Assembly (NCBI GenBank): GCA_963555985.3
Contig: OY820591.1
Location: forward strand, 2,592,001 to 2,656,000
Direction: 5' to 3'
Source: Dehalococcoidia bacterium
Lineage (GTDB): Bacteria > Chloroflexota > Dehalococcoidia > Bin125
Length of the DNA stretch: 64,000 nucleotides
The notes under the pieces were generated by a model. It saw only the letters and a program-made list of their open reading frames with translations. It was not told where the DNA came from and did no database searches. Both the position numbers and the translations under genes were made by a program. This document shows, piece after piece, positions 37,731 to 47,461 of the stretch. How positions within the stretch are numbered: position 1 is the stretch's first letter; each line of letters begins with the position of its first letter.

Positions 37731-38674
37731 GAAGCCGCCTCCCCGCCGGCGCGAGCCTCCGCGGCCTCGCTCTCACCGACCAACTCCAGGTACATCTCCT
37801 CCAGCGAGGGCGAGCGTACCCAGAGCTCGGGTAGTTCACCCAGCCCCTGCGCCTCTGCCCAGGCGAGCAATTCGCCCAACTCGCGTGTCGGCGCGCCGGT
37901 TTCGCACGTCAGCCGCCCGCTCTCGGAACGACTCCAACGACCGGGCAGACCGTCAAGCTGCGCCCCCTCCGCCGGCCGCCAGGAGATGCGTGAGCGCGCC
38001 CCCAATTCGCGCCGCAAATCCCAGATCGTGCCCTCCGTGATCAGCCGTCCCTGGGCGATCACCCCGATCCGGTCTGCCAACGCCTCAGCTTCGTCGAGGT
38101 AATGAGTAGTCAGCAGAATCGTCCGTCCCTCCGCCTGGAGCGCTCGCACCAGCTCCCACGACTGTCGGCGGGCGGCCGCGTCGAAACCGGTCGTGGGCTC
38201 GTCGAGAAAGAGCAACTCAGGATTGCCGACCACGCCCAGCGCCAGGTCGAGCCGACGCTTCTGCCCGCCGGAGAACTTGGCCCCGCGCCGATCCGCGTGT
38301 TCGCCCAGACCGACCAGTTCGAGCACCTCGTCGGGGTCGAGCGGGTTGGGATAGGCCTGCGCCCAGGCGTGCATGATCTCGCGCGCGGTGTAGAGATCGA
38401 CCGAGCTCTCGCTCTGCAGCACGATCCCGATCCGGGCGCGAAAGTCGGCAAGCCCGTCAGCCGGGTTCATCCCCAGCACGCGAACCTCGCCCGCGTCGCG
38501 CTTGCGGTAGCCCTCCAGAATCTCGACGAACGTCGTCTTGCCCGCCCCGTTAGGACCAAGCAGCGCATAGACCTGCCCCGCTTCGATGGTCAGATCCACC
38601 CCGTCCACGGCGGTGATCTCGCCGTAGCGCTTGACTACGCCGCGCGCTTGAATCGCCGGTTCCCCTGCTGACAT
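37727..38674 (-). CDS. ABC-2 type exporter ATP-binding protein
   Basis: Motifs GPNGAGKTT, FSGGQKRR, FLDEPTTG and LTTHYLDEAE. Start trimmed to ATG 38674. Confidence 0.93.
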   Translation of the reverse strand: MSAGEPAIQARGVVKRYGEITAVDGVDLTIEAGQVYALLGPNGAGKTTFVEILEGYRKRDAGEVRVLGMNPADGLADFRARIGIVLQSESSVDLYTAREIMHAWAQAYPNPLDPDEVLELVGLGEHADRRGAKFSGGQKRRLDLALGVVGNPELLFLDEPTTGFDAAARRQSWELVRALQAEGRTILLTTHYLDEAEALADRIGVIAQGRLITEGTIWDLRRELGARSRISWRPAEGAQLDGLPGRWSRSESGRLTCETGAPTRELGELLAWAEAQGLGELPELWVRSPSLEEMYLELVGESEAAEARAGGEAAS

Positions 38675-38734
38675 ATTCGACAGCCTACGCGAGCGCCTAG
38701 ACTTGGCGCACCAGTACACGGAGAGGGATCGCAA

Positions 38735-39865
38735 ATGACAACGATCAACCAGGACAAACTCAACGAGCTCTTCGGCTACGTCGAAGGCATCGTCAACGAC
38801 AAGAAAGTCCCCGCCGCCCAGATCGCCATCGGCCACGACGGCGAACTCGCCGCAATGCGCACCTTCGGCGCCGCCCATCAAGGCACGTCGGTGCAACCCG
38901 CCACCGACGACACCCTCTTCTGCATGTTCTCCTCGACCAAGGCCGTCGTCGGCGTCGGCGTCTGGAAGCTCCTGGACGAGGGCCTGCTCGATCTCGAAGA
39001 GAAGGTCGTCGACATCATCCCGGGCTGGTGCGCCGAGGGTGGCGGCGAAGCAACCTACGCCGATGTCACCGTCCGCAACGTGATGCTCCACACCGGCGGC
39101 TTCCCCCACGCGCCCATGAACCCCCGCCTCTGGGAGGACCGCGAAGCCCGGCTCCGCCGCATGATGGGCTGGCGGCTCAACTGGACACCCGACACTCAGT
39201 GGGAGTACCACGCCACCTCCGCCCACTGGGTCCTAGCCGAGATCATCACCCAAAAGACCGGCGAAGACTTCCGCGACTGGCTCCGCGCCAACCTGCTCGA
39301 CCCGATGGGACTCGACAACCTCTACATCGGCCTCCCCAACGAAGAGCACGAACGCGCCGCCTCCATCGTCTACACCGAAGAACCTCTCCCCGTCGCCGGC
39401 GGCGAGGTCTTCCCCCAAACCATCCTCCACTTCAATCTCGCCTCCCAGCGCCGCGCCGGCTGTCCGGGCGGCGGCGCATTCGCCAACGCCGCCGGCGTCG
39501 CCATGTTCTACCAGGGCCTAATCAACCGCCCCGACGACAGCCCCCTCACCGCGAACGCCATCGAACTAGGCACCACCGTCGGTACCAACCCCGACCGTCA
39601 CACCGACCCTCTCAGCGGCATCCACGTCAACCGCGCCCTCACCGTTGTCGTCGCCGGCGACGACGGCCTCAGCCAAGACCGCGGCTTCGGCAGCGGAGCC
39701 TCCCCCAAAGCCTTCGGACACGCCGGCGCCGGCGGACAAATCGCCTGGGGCGACCCCGAAACCGGCCTCTCCCTCGGCTTCGTCACCAACGGCTTCCAAC
39801 AAGACGAAAACGTCTACGAACGAACCCACACCATCGGCACCATGGCCGCCGCCTGCGTCAGCTAG
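38735..39865 (+). CDS. Serine hydrolase, beta-lactamase class C/esterase family
   Basis: SxxK motif (FSSTK), MLHTGG, WEYH and FGHAGAGG. Confidence 0.9.
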   Translation: MTTINQDKLNELFGYVEGIVNDKKVPAAQIAIGHDGELAAMRTFGAAHQGTSVQPATDDTLFCMFSSTKAVVGVGVWKLLDEGLLDLEEKVVDIIPGWCAEGGGEATYADVTVRNVMLHTGGFPHAPMNPRLWEDREARLRRMMGWRLNWTPDTQWEYHATSAHWVLAEIITQKTGEDFRDWLRANLLDPMGLDNLYIGLPNEEHERAASIVYTEEPLPVAGGEVFPQTILHFNLASQRRAGCPGGGAFANAAGVAMFYQGLINRPDDSPLTANAIELGTTVGTNPDRHTDPLSGIHVNRALTVVVAGDDGLSQDRGFGSGASPKAFGHAGAGGQIAWGDPETGLSLGFVTNGFQQDENVYERTHTIGTMAAACVS

Positions 39866-39946
39866 CTGAGCCTGTCGCAAACCCTCACACCCCGTTCGCC
39901 CGCCCGGCGGCCGCTATTCTGATCCTGAGCCGGGAAGGAACCGCCA

Positions 39947-40288
39947 ATGGCCACCATGACGCGACAGTTGGAACGCGGACTGATCGAGGCGGGCGTCCCC
40001 GAGGAGCACGCCGAACGCATCGCCGACGCCCAGGAAGCCCGCCTCAGCGAACTAGCGACCAAAGAAGATCTGCACCTACTGCGCCGAGAGTTGTACGAAA
40101 TCCGCGACGACCTGCGCCGCGAGTTGTACGAAATCCGCGACGACCTGCGCCGCGAGCTCGCCCAGTTCCGTGAGGAAATGAACGCTCGCCTCGCCCACCT
40201 CGAACGCACCATCTGGGGCCTCGCCGCCCTCGGCTTCGCCATGTGGTCCGCCACCTTCGGCGCCCTCATGTACGCCGTCTTCGGCTAA
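39947..40288 (+). CDS. CCDC90/DUF1640-like membrane-anchored coiled-coil protein
   Basis: Head LIEAGVPEEHAE, neck LATKEDL, 11-aa repeats and a C-terminal TM helix. Confidence 0.7.
   Translation: MATMTRQLERGLIEAGVPEEHAERIADAQEARLSELATKEDLHLLRRELYEIRDDLRRELYEIRDDLRRELAQFREEMNARLAHLERTIWGLAALGFAMWSATFGALMYAVFG
40079..40156 (+). repeat. 33-bp intragenic tandem repeat (about 2.4 copies)
   Basis: CTGCGCCG(A/C)GAGTTGTACGAAATCCGCGACGAC twice, plus a partial copy. Confidence 0.9.
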
Positions 40289-40293
40289 CCCCC

Positions 40294-41262
40294 CTACTCA
40301 TCCTCCGTACCCGGCAGCAACGGACCCTCCGCAATCGCCGGCAGCGCCCGCGTCAACGCCAACGCCGCATCCGTATCCGCAAAACTCAAGCGCTGAATCA
40401 CCGTCCAGTTCGACTCCGACCAACGCTCCCCCAATTCTTCCCCCTCTTCCGCCCGTTCGCAGACCAACCCAATCAGATACTCCAACAACCGATCAAACCA
40501 CCCGAACAACCCCGGCAGCGTCGCATCAATCGCATCCGCCGCCGCAATCGTCGCCTCCGCCGACTGCCGCAGCGCCCGCGCCGCCGCCTTTGGCAGCGCC
40601 TGCTCAAACCCGGGCGCATGAACAATCGCATAGATATCCGCGCTGTGCGCAGTCGGACGCTCCCCCAATTCGACTTCCGCGCCGAGACTCGGACTCGCCA
40701 GCCGCGACACCGCCGCCGGCAGCGACCCATCGGGCGCAACGATCCCAGCCAGCTCCGGATCAAACTCAGCCAACGGCATCCCTGCCAACGCGCGCAGGTT
40801 CCCCCGCCCCGACGCCAGCGCTTTCCCCTCCTGCCCGTAACAGTGCGGAATCACCGTCGCCGCACAATCCAGCATCCGCGCCAGATAATCCAGCACCAGA
40901 TCAATATGCAGCGGAACGCTCGTCACCTGTTCCCGCGTGAGCTCGGCATCCTCAACACCCATCGCCGCATTCTTCAGCTCCTCCAGCGGCGGCTGCATCG
41001 CCGCCAGCGCCGCTACCAGCTTGGGCCCGAGCTGCCGCAACTCAATCGCCGCCTGCTCGAAACCGTCGTCGAACCAGTCGTTCGGCCAGACATGCTCATG
41101 CTCCGGCAGGTCATAGGCGAATCGCAGCAACAGATCATACGGCCACTGCGCGATCCCGAAGCGAATCTCCGGCGACGGCAAGCGCGAAACCGAACGCGCC
41201 CGCCCAGCCGCGACCAGCGCCCCCCGAGGCGGCATCCCGATCCCGTGTCGCGCCGCCGCCAT
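40294..41262 (-). CDS. Hypothetical protein
   Basis: 322-aa ORF with protein-like composition and a 1-nt (TGATG) overlap with the upstream dehydrogenase stop. Confidence 0.65.
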   Translation of the reverse strand: MAAARHGIGMPPRGALVAAGRARSVSRLPSPEIRFGIAQWPYDLLLRFAYDLPEHEHVWPNDWFDDGFEQAAIELRQLGPKLVAALAAMQPPLEELKNAAMGVEDAELTREQVTSVPLHIDLVLDYLARMLDCAATVIPHCYGQEGKALASGRGNLRALAGMPLAEFDPELAGIVAPDGSLPAAVSRLASPSLGAEVELGERPTAHSADIYAIVHAPGFEQALPKAAARALRQSAEATIAAADAIDATLPGLFGWFDRLLEYLIGLVCERAEEGEELGERWSESNWTVIQRLSFADTDAALALTRALPAIAEGPLLPGTEDE

Positions 41263-42314
41263 CAGTACCCCGCCTCACGGTCGACCACATCCAGCAATGG
41301 CTCGCCGCCCAGGTACCGAGCGAGATTGTCGGTGAAGCGAACGGTCGCCTTGCCGAAGTAGTCCGGCATCAGGCCGCTGTTATGCGGAGTGATCACGAGA
41401 TTGGGCGTCTCCCAGTCGGGATGTCCGTCGGGCAACGGCTCGGGCGAGGTCACATCGGTGTAGCACGCCCGCAACCGCCCGTCCTGGAGCGCCGCAATCT
41501 GCACAGGCCAATCCACCACTTCGCCCCGAGCAATGTTGATCAGCGCCGCGCCCGGCTTCATCGCCGCGATCTCCGCCTCTCCGATCATCTGCCGCGTCGC
41601 CTCGGTCAGCGGTACCGCAAGCACGCTGTAGTCCGCCTCCGCCAACACCTCGTGAAGACGGTCGGGCGGCCAGATCGCCTCCACCGCCGCCGGCGCGTCC
41701 GGCGGCGGCGTCCCTTCCGCCTCCGCTCGACGCCGCACACCGATCACTCGCACCCCCAGCGCACCCACCAGACGCGCAATCTCCGAACCAATCGCCCCAT
41801 AACCGATGATCGCCACAGTCGCACCCTCCAGCGAACGCGGAGTCAGCGGATCCGTCGCATCGACGAAACGCTGCCAGTAGCCCTGCCGCTGATTGTCGAG
41901 ATACCTGGGCATCTGCTTGCAATCCATCAGCATGAACGCCAACACCCACTCCCCGATCACCCGCGCCGCCAGACCGGGCATCTTGGTCACTCGCACATGC
42001 GGATCAGGCGGTTGACGCAGAATCTGATCCGCCCCCGCCGAGGCCAGCGCGATCCACTCCAGCGCCGGCGCCCCGCAAGCGAGATTGCCGCTGAAAAACG
42101 TGAGCCACACCCGATCGCGGTTGCGAATCTCCTCACCTTCGGCAATCGCCGCATCCACATCGACCTCGGGATGATTCGGTTCCCGCATCCAGCGCACCAG
42201 ATTGAGCGAGGCTGAGTGAAGTCGGATGCGCGGATCCACCGCCCGGATGCGCTCCAAGGCCGCGTCCCCCACCGGCAGAAACGAGCAGATATGAAGCTCA
42301 TCGGCTGTGCTCAT
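41262..42314 (-). CDS. D-2-hydroxyacid dehydrogenase family protein
   Basis: Motifs IIGYGAIG, INIARGEVVD, DVTSPEPLP and ITPHNSG. Confidence 0.93.
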   Translation of the reverse strand: MSTADELHICSFLPVGDAALERIRAVDPRIRLHSASLNLVRWMREPNHPEVDVDAAIAEGEEIRNRDRVWLTFFSGNLACGAPALEWIALASAGADQILRQPPDPHVRVTKMPGLAARVIGEWVLAFMLMDCKQMPRYLDNQRQGYWQRFVDATDPLTPRSLEGATVAIIGYGAIGSEIARLVGALGVRVIGVRRRAEAEGTPPPDAPAAVEAIWPPDRLHEVLAEADYSVLAVPLTEATRQMIGEAEIAAMKPGAALINIARGEVVDWPVQIAALQDGRLRACYTDVTSPEPLPDGHPDWETPNLVITPHNSGLMPDYFGKATVRFTDNLARYLGGEPLLDVVDREAGY

Positions 42315-42376
42315 GGCGATCTCCCCTCAGACGTAGGATACGCCCCGCCAGCAGGAGGCAGGCGTATACTCACCAC

Positions 42377-42889
42377 GTGCCCAATCCAGACGAATTCAGC
42401 CTGATCTGCGCAGACGCCGAAGCCACCCGTCGCCTCGGTGAGGCCGTCGGACGCGCCGCTTCCGCCGGTACCGTCGCCCTGCTCTCCGGAGAGCTGGGAG
42501 CCGGCAAGACTGTCTTCGCCCAAGGCGTCGGACGCGGACTCGGCGCGCCCACCACCGTCAACTCCCCCACCTTCGTCCTGATCAACGAGCACCTCGGCGG
42601 ACGCCTCCCACTCCGTCACGCCGACCTCTACCGCCTCGACGACCTCGACCTGATCGCCGAACTCGGCCTCGATCAGGCCGCCGAAGACGGCGTCCTCCTG
42701 GTCGAATGGCCCGAACGCGCTGGCGAAGCCCTCCCCCCGGACCATCTCCTCGTCCAAATCGCACCTCTCCAGCCCGAAATCCCCGAAGACCAGCTCGAAG
42801 CAGCGCCGCGCAAACTCCAACTCTCCGCTTCCGGCGAAATCGCCGCCGCCGTCCTCGACACCGTTCGCAACATCGGCAGCGACGACTAA
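42377..42889 (+). CDS. tsaE: tRNA threonylcarbamoyladenosine biosynthesis ATPase
   Basis: Motifs GELGAGKT, VNSPTFVL, HADLYRL and VEWPE. Confidence 0.95.
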   Translation: MPNPDEFSLICADAEATRRLGEAVGRAASAGTVALLSGELGAGKTVFAQGVGRGLGAPTTVNSPTFVLINEHLGGRLPLRHADLYRLDDLDLIAELGLDQAAEDGVLLVEWPERAGEALPPDHLLVQIAPLQPEIPEDQLEAAPRKLQLSASGEIAAAVLDTVRNIGSDD

Positions 42890-43596
42890 TGGAACTCTCC
42901 ATCGACACCGTTGGCGAACGCTCCAGCGTCGCCGTCAGCGAGCAGGGCGAACTGCTCACCGAACTCACCTGGATCTCAGGCCGCAGACACACCCCAAGCC
43001 TCACTCCCATGATCGATCTGGTCTGCCGACAGACCGGCAGCGCCGAGTCGGTCAAAGCGGAGCTCCAAGCCGTCTTCGTCGATCTCGGGCCCGGCGCATA
43101 CGGTGGAATCCGCGCCGGCATGGCCGCAGCCGAAGGTCTCGCAGTCGCCCTCAGCTTGCCCTGCGTCGGTATCGGCCGGCTCGAAATCGAGGCCTACCAG
43201 CACGCCGCCGCAGGACTCGCCACCGCCGTCCATCGCGCCGCTCGAGGTACCTGGGCTTGGCAGACCTTCTGGGGGCCAATCGACCGCTGGCGGCCCCTCG
43301 ACAGCCCCAAGACCGGCTCAGCTTTCGAGTTCTCCCGCGCCCTCGCCGACGCCGCCCGCATCGCCGCCCGCCCCGGCGTCATCTGCGGCGAACCCCACCT
43401 CATCGACGACGAAACCCGGGACGCCCTCGCCCAAACCGGCTGGTCCCCCGCCCCCCCAGCCCTAAACCTGCGCCGAGCCAGCCACTTAGCCGAACTCGCC
43501 TGGAAGCGCCTCAACGAAGGCGGCGGCCAACCCCCAGCCGCCCTCGAACCCCTCTACCTCCGAGAACCCGCCATCGGCCCCCAACCTCCCCGCTAA
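42889..43596 (+). CDS. tsaB: t6A biosynthesis protein TsaB
   Basis: Motifs LSIDT, HTPSLTPMI, GPGAYGGIRAG and LEPLYLR. Coupled to tsaE by TAATG. Confidence 0.88.
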   Translation: MELSIDTVGERSSVAVSEQGELLTELTWISGRRHTPSLTPMIDLVCRQTGSAESVKAELQAVFVDLGPGAYGGIRAGMAAAEGLAVALSLPCVGIGRLEIEAYQHAAAGLATAVHRAARGTWAWQTFWGPIDRWRPLDSPKTGSAFEFSRALADAARIAARPGVICGEPHLIDDETRDALAQTGWSPAPPALNLRRASHLAELAWKRLNEGGGQPPAALEPLYLREPAIGPQPPR

Positions 43597-43628
43597 CTAC
43601 AAAACTCACCCACCCGCCCCACTCTCCC

Positions 43629-44013
43629 TCCCCAAAAATCTCCCCCTTGAGAGCCTGTCCCCGCGCCGGCGGGGAGGGAGATGCCCCGAAGTGACAGAGG
43701 GGGTGAAACACCACACCCAGCACAAACGCCCGCAACACCGCTACACCCGCCAAACTCCGTCATACCCACCCCCAACCAACTCCGTCATACCCGCGCTCCG
43801 TCGCGGGTATCTCGATGTGAGCACTATCAACCCCCAACCCCACCTCCCCAAAATCTCCCCCAAGAAACCTCTCCCCCTTGAGAGCCTGTCCCCGCGCAGG
43901 CGGGGAGGGAGATGCCCCGTAGGGGCAGAGGGGGTGAAACGCCACACCCAGCACAAACGCCCCGCACCCCAACCCTACTTCCGTCATACCCGCGCTCCGT
44001 CGCGGGTATCTCG
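43629..44013. repeat. Tandem duplication of a composite family B + family A palindromic unit
   Basis: CTCCCCCTTGAGAGCCTGTCCCCGCGC.GGCGGGGAGGGAGATGCCCCG...CACCCAGCACAAACGCCCGCA and CCGTCATACCCGCGCTCCGTCGCGGGTATCTCG each occur twice. Confidence 0.85.
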
Positions 44014-44128
44014 CCGTGACCAGCACCCAACCCTCAGTCAACTCCGACACACCCAACCAACTTGCAACCCGAACATCCATCCAGATAAGCTCAAGAGTCC
44101 TGCATTCCCCAAGAAAGGAACACCCGCC

Positions 44129-44485
44129 ATGCCCTTCACCCACACCTACCAATCCAGCATGACCGGCGTCGGCCAACTCGCCCACTCCGACGAAGCCGGC
44201 CACGTCCGCATCAAAGCGCTCGCCCTCCTCATCCGCGAACTCTCCCCCTCCAACGCCAAGACCCGTGAGATCCACCACGCGCTCGACCTCGAACCCCACC
44301 CCGAACCCGCGACCAAACCCCGAGCCAACCACTCCCCCCGCCTGCCCGAAGCACCCCTTACGCCCGAGCAGAAGAAGGAACTCCACCTCCATCCCCACGC
44401 CATCGCTGTCGCCCTCATGCGCGGCGAAGACGTCCCCCTGCCGGACGACGACGACAGCCTCGAAGAAGAGGAAGAGCCGCAGTAA
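44129..44485 (+). CDS. Hypothetical protein with acidic C-terminus
   Basis: AAGAAAGGA RBS before ATG 44129 (MPFTHTYQ...). The upstream part of the track ORF is repeat DNA. Confidence 0.55.
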   Translation: MPFTHTYQSSMTGVGQLAHSDEAGHVRIKALALLIRELSPSNAKTREIHHALDLEPHPEPATKPRANHSPRLPEAPLTPEQKKELHLHPHAIAVALMRGEDVPLPDDDDSLEEEEEPQ

Positions 44486-44655
44486 TCCCCCGACCGCAAG
44501 CGGCGACCCCACCTCGTTTTTTTCTCACAGCCCCCACGAGGCCGCAAACCGCGACCACCCAGTCCCTACCGTGCCCAGACCAACCTCCGCAAAAGCCAAT
44601 CCGCAACCCGCCGCTACGCTGACCGCGCAACCCCCCACCCCAAAGGAGTCCCTAC

Positions 44656-45111
44656 ATGGCGAGCGAACGAACCCTAGTCCTGGTCAAACCCGACGGCGTC
44701 CAGCGCGGCCTGATCGGGCAAGTCCTCGCCCGCCTCGAACAGCGCGGACTCAAAATCATTGGCCTCAAGCTCCTCCAAATGGACGAAGCCCTCGCCAATC
44801 AGCACTACGCCGAGCACGTCGGCAAGCCCTTCTTCCCCGGCCTCCGAGACTTCATCACCAGCGGCCCCCTGGTCGCCGCCGTCTTCGAGGGCGACAACGC
44901 CGTCCAACTCGTCCGCAACGCCATGGGCGCCACCCACCCCCTCGAAGCCACCCCCGGCTCAATCCGAGGCGACTTCGGAGTAGACCTGGGCCGCAACGTC
45001 ATCCACGGCTCCGACTCCCCCGAATCCGGCCGTAGAGAATCCGCTCTCTTCTTCAACCAGTCCGAACTAGTCAACTGGACCCGCAACACCGAACTCTGGA
45101 TCTACGAATGA
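44656..45111 (+). CDS. ndk: Nucleoside diphosphate kinase
   Basis: Motifs [26 protein letters not shown] and NVIHGSDS. Confidence 0.98.
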   Translation: MASERTLVLVKPDGVQRGLIGQVLARLEQRGLKIIGLKLLQMDEALANQHYAEHVGKPFFPGLRDFITSGPLVAAVFEGDNAVQLVRNAMGATHPLEATPGSIRGDFGVDLGRNVIHGSDSPESGRRESALFFNQSELVNWTRNTELWIYE

Positions 45112-45136
45112 GCTCTCCCCCGCGTAAATCAAAGAT

Positions 45137-45312
45137 CGTCATACCCGCGCCCCGCCGCGGGTATCTCGCCGTTACCTGCACCGTCGTCGCGAATATGACG
45201 AGATTGCCGCGGCGGAACGCGGCAATGACGGAGCTGATCGACTGATGCACAAGTCTCCTTGAGGGGGAGATGCAGAAAGCCTGCCCCTGGCTTGAACCGG
45301 GGGCAGAGCGGG
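45137..45312. repeat. REP-like palindromes between convergent ndk and rsfS
   Basis: CGTCATACCCGCGCCCCGCCGCGGGTATCTCG...CGAGATTGCCGCGGCGGAACGCGGCAATGACG, then family B with nested AGCCTGCCCCTGGCTTGAACCGGGG. Confidence 0.8.
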
Positions 45313-45330
45313 TGAGAACTCTGTAGCCCG

Positions 45331-45741
45331 CTACTCCACCCGCAGCAACGTCGCCGCCCGCGACCACAACCCGTCCAAGTCGTAGTACTCCCGCATCTCC
45401 CGATCAAAGATATGCACCACCACCGAGCCAAAGTCGCACAACAGCCAGCCCCCGTCAGCCGTACCCTCACGGCGCGGAAAGGACGTCTCCGGCACATGCC
45501 GCAGCGCATCCTCCAGCGCCCCGAACTGCCGCCGCGAACTCGCCGTCGCAATCACGAAAAAATCCGCCAGGTCCGTCACCGGCTCCACATCCAGCAGCAC
45601 GATCGCTTCCGCCTGCCGCTCGTCAAGTTGGTCGACAATCGCCCGCGCAAGACGTTCCGCCTCGGCTTTGGCTTGAAGATGGCGCGCGTCCGTCTCTACA
45701 GACGGGGTAGTGGTAGTGGCGTCGGTGGCAGCGCTGGTCAC
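45331..45741 (-). CDS. rsfS: Ribosome silencing factor
   Basis: Motifs AEAIVLLDV, ADFFVIAT, WLLCDFGSVVVHIF and REYYDLDGLW. Confidence 0.93.
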   Translation of the reverse strand: MTSAATDATTTTPSVETDARHLQAKAEAERLARAIVDQLDERQAEAIVLLDVEPVTDLADFFVIATASSRRQFGALEDALRHVPETSFPRREGTADGGWLLCDFGSVVVHIFDREMREYYDLDGLWSRAATLLRVE

Positions 45742-45780
45742 GCGCCCAGTCTAGCCTGAGAGAGAGCAGAGGAGTCCGGG

Positions 45781-46878
45781 ATGCCTGAGCAGGGTCAGCG
45801 CGAGCGTGTAGTCGTCGGCATGAGCGGCGGCGTCGACTCCTCCGTCGCCGCCGCCCTCCTCGTCGAACAGGGCTACGAGGTCATCGGCATCACCATGCGC
45901 CTCTGGACCGAAGCCCGCCCCGACGACTACACCGGCCGCTCCCAGTGCTGCGCCATCGAAGACATCGGCGACGCCCGCCGAGTAGCGCAGCGGCTGGGAA
46001 TTCCCCACTACACGATCAACCTCGAGCGACCCTTCCGCCAGTTCGTCGTCGACCAATTCGTCTCCGAATACGCCCAGGGCCGAACTCCCAACCCCTGCCT
46101 CAACTGCAACACCTACATCAAGTTCGACCGCTTCCTCGATCAAGCCCGAGCCATGCAAGCCGACTGGATCGCCACCGGCCACTACGCCCGCATCAACCGC
46201 AACAACGACAACCCTCAACTCCTGCGCGGAGTCGATCCCGGCAAAGACCAGACCTACTTCCTCTATACCCTCAGCTCTCAGGCCCTCGCCATGACCCTCT
46301 TCCCCGTCGGCGGCCTGCGCAAGAGCGAGGTCCGAGCCGTCGCCGCCCGCCACAACCTCGCAGTCGCCGAGAAAAGCGAGAGCGCCGACATCTGCTTCGT
46401 CCCCGGCGGCGACTACCGAGCCGTCGTCAGCGCCCGCGTCCCCGACCGCCCCGGCCTCACTCTCGACACCGAAGGCGCGGTCATCGGCGAGCATCGAGGC
46501 ATCCAGCACTACACCATCGGCCAACGCCGGGGACTCGGAGCCGGCGGAGGCGGCGAGCGCCGTTACGTCACCGCCATCGACCCCAGCGCCAACACCATCA
46601 CCGTCGGCGACGCCGACGATCTGCTCACACACCGCGTGCATCTCTCCAACTGCCACTGGCTGATCGACCCGCCCGCAGCCGGCGACGAGCTCGACCTGGA
46701 CGCTCAGTTGCGCTACCGCTCGACCGCGCTACCGGCCCAGTTGCGAGCACTCCCCGACGGCGCCGCAGAGCTCATCCTGAACCAACCGGCGCGAGCAGTC
46801 GCAGCCGGACAAGCGGCGGTCTTCTATCAAGGCGAGCGCGTGCTGGGCGGCGGCGCCGTCGAGTCCGCAAGCGCATAA
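45781..46878 (+). CDS. mnmA: tRNA 2-thiouridine(34) synthase
   Basis: Motifs [41 protein letters not shown] and GQAAVFY. Confidence 0.97.
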   Translation: MPEQGQRERVVVGMSGGVDSSVAAALLVEQGYEVIGITMRLWTEARPDDYTGRSQCCAIEDIGDARRVAQRLGIPHYTINLERPFRQFVVDQFVSEYAQGRTPNPCLNCNTYIKFDRFLDQARAMQADWIATGHYARINRNNDNPQLLRGVDPGKDQTYFLYTLSSQALAMTLFPVGGLRKSEVRAVAARHNLAVAEKSESADICFVPGGDYRAVVSARVPDRPGLTLDTEGAVIGEHRGIQHYTIGQRRGLGAGGGGERRYVTAIDPSANTITVGDADDLLTHRVHLSNCHWLIDPPAAGDELDLDAQLRYRSTALPAQLRALPDGAAELILNQPARAVAAGQAAVFYQGERVLGGGAVESASA

Positions 46879-46938
46879 TCACGCCGTTGCCCACCCGCTC
46901 GTGCGCTAGGCTCGCACCAGAACGAAGGGGAGTCGCCG

Positions 46939-47262
46939 ATGCCGCTGGGCGTAATCACCGACATCCGCGACATCGTCATCATCATCGCCGGCCTCCTCAG
47001 CGTGATCGCGCTAATCGTCATGATCCTCATGACCCTCATCACCGGCTTCCTCGCCATCCGCCTCCTCCGCGCCGCCCGCCGAACCATCAGCGAAGGCGTC
47101 CCCCCGCTCCTCGAAAACGCTCAAGAGACGGTCAAGAGCGTCAAAGGTACCGTCGACTTCCTCGGAGAAGCCGCCGCCGAGCCGGTGATCCGCGCCTACG
47201 CCACCGCCGCCCGCATTCAGCGCATGTTCGACATCCTCAGCGGACGCAGAGGTCGGGAGTAG
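46939..47262 (+). CDS. Small membrane protein (N-terminal TM, DUF948-like)
   Basis: GGGGAG RBS, long hydrophobic helix, then an amphipathic tail. Confidence 0.7.
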   Translation: MPLGVITDIRDIVIIIAGLLSVIALIVMILMTLITGFLAIRLLRAARRTISEGVPPLLENAQETVKSVKGTVDFLGEAAAEPVIRAYATAARIQRMFDILSGRRGRE

Positions 47263-47266
47263 TCCC

Positions 47267-47461
47267 ATGGGTTTCGCGCGAGGCTTCCGCTGGGGCCTCA
47301 TCCTCGGAGTGATCGGAGCGCTGGTCGGCCGAACCCTCAGCGGAGAAGACAACGCCGACCAATGGCAACAGGCCCAAGTCGCCGGAAACCTCGCCGCCGC
47401 CCAAGCCGAAGCCGAACAGCGAGAACGCTTCAACCAAGCCCGCAGCGGAAACAAGCCGTGA
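47267..47461 (+). CDS. Small membrane-anchored protein
   Basis: GGGAG RBS and N-terminal anchor GF..GLILGVIGALVG. Confidence 0.6.
   Translation: MGFARGFRWGLILGVIGALVGRTLSGEDNADQWQQAQVAGNLAAAQAEAEQRERFNQARSGNKP

Noticed and set aside
37727-38674. This ATPase as the missing DppD/F of the SBP locus
   Set aside because: It is an ABC-2 exporter-type ATPase coupled to its own permease and lacks the oligopeptide-ATPase C-terminal HPY/Cys region.
43629-44013. Possible CRISPR array
   Set aside because: There are only two long composite units, the spacers are repeated rather than unique, no cas genes are present, and the units match the dispersed palindrome families.
43691-44128. 5' part of ORF 43691-44485 as coding
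   Set aside because: It consists of palindromic repeat DNA. A clear RBS and ATG occur at 44129.
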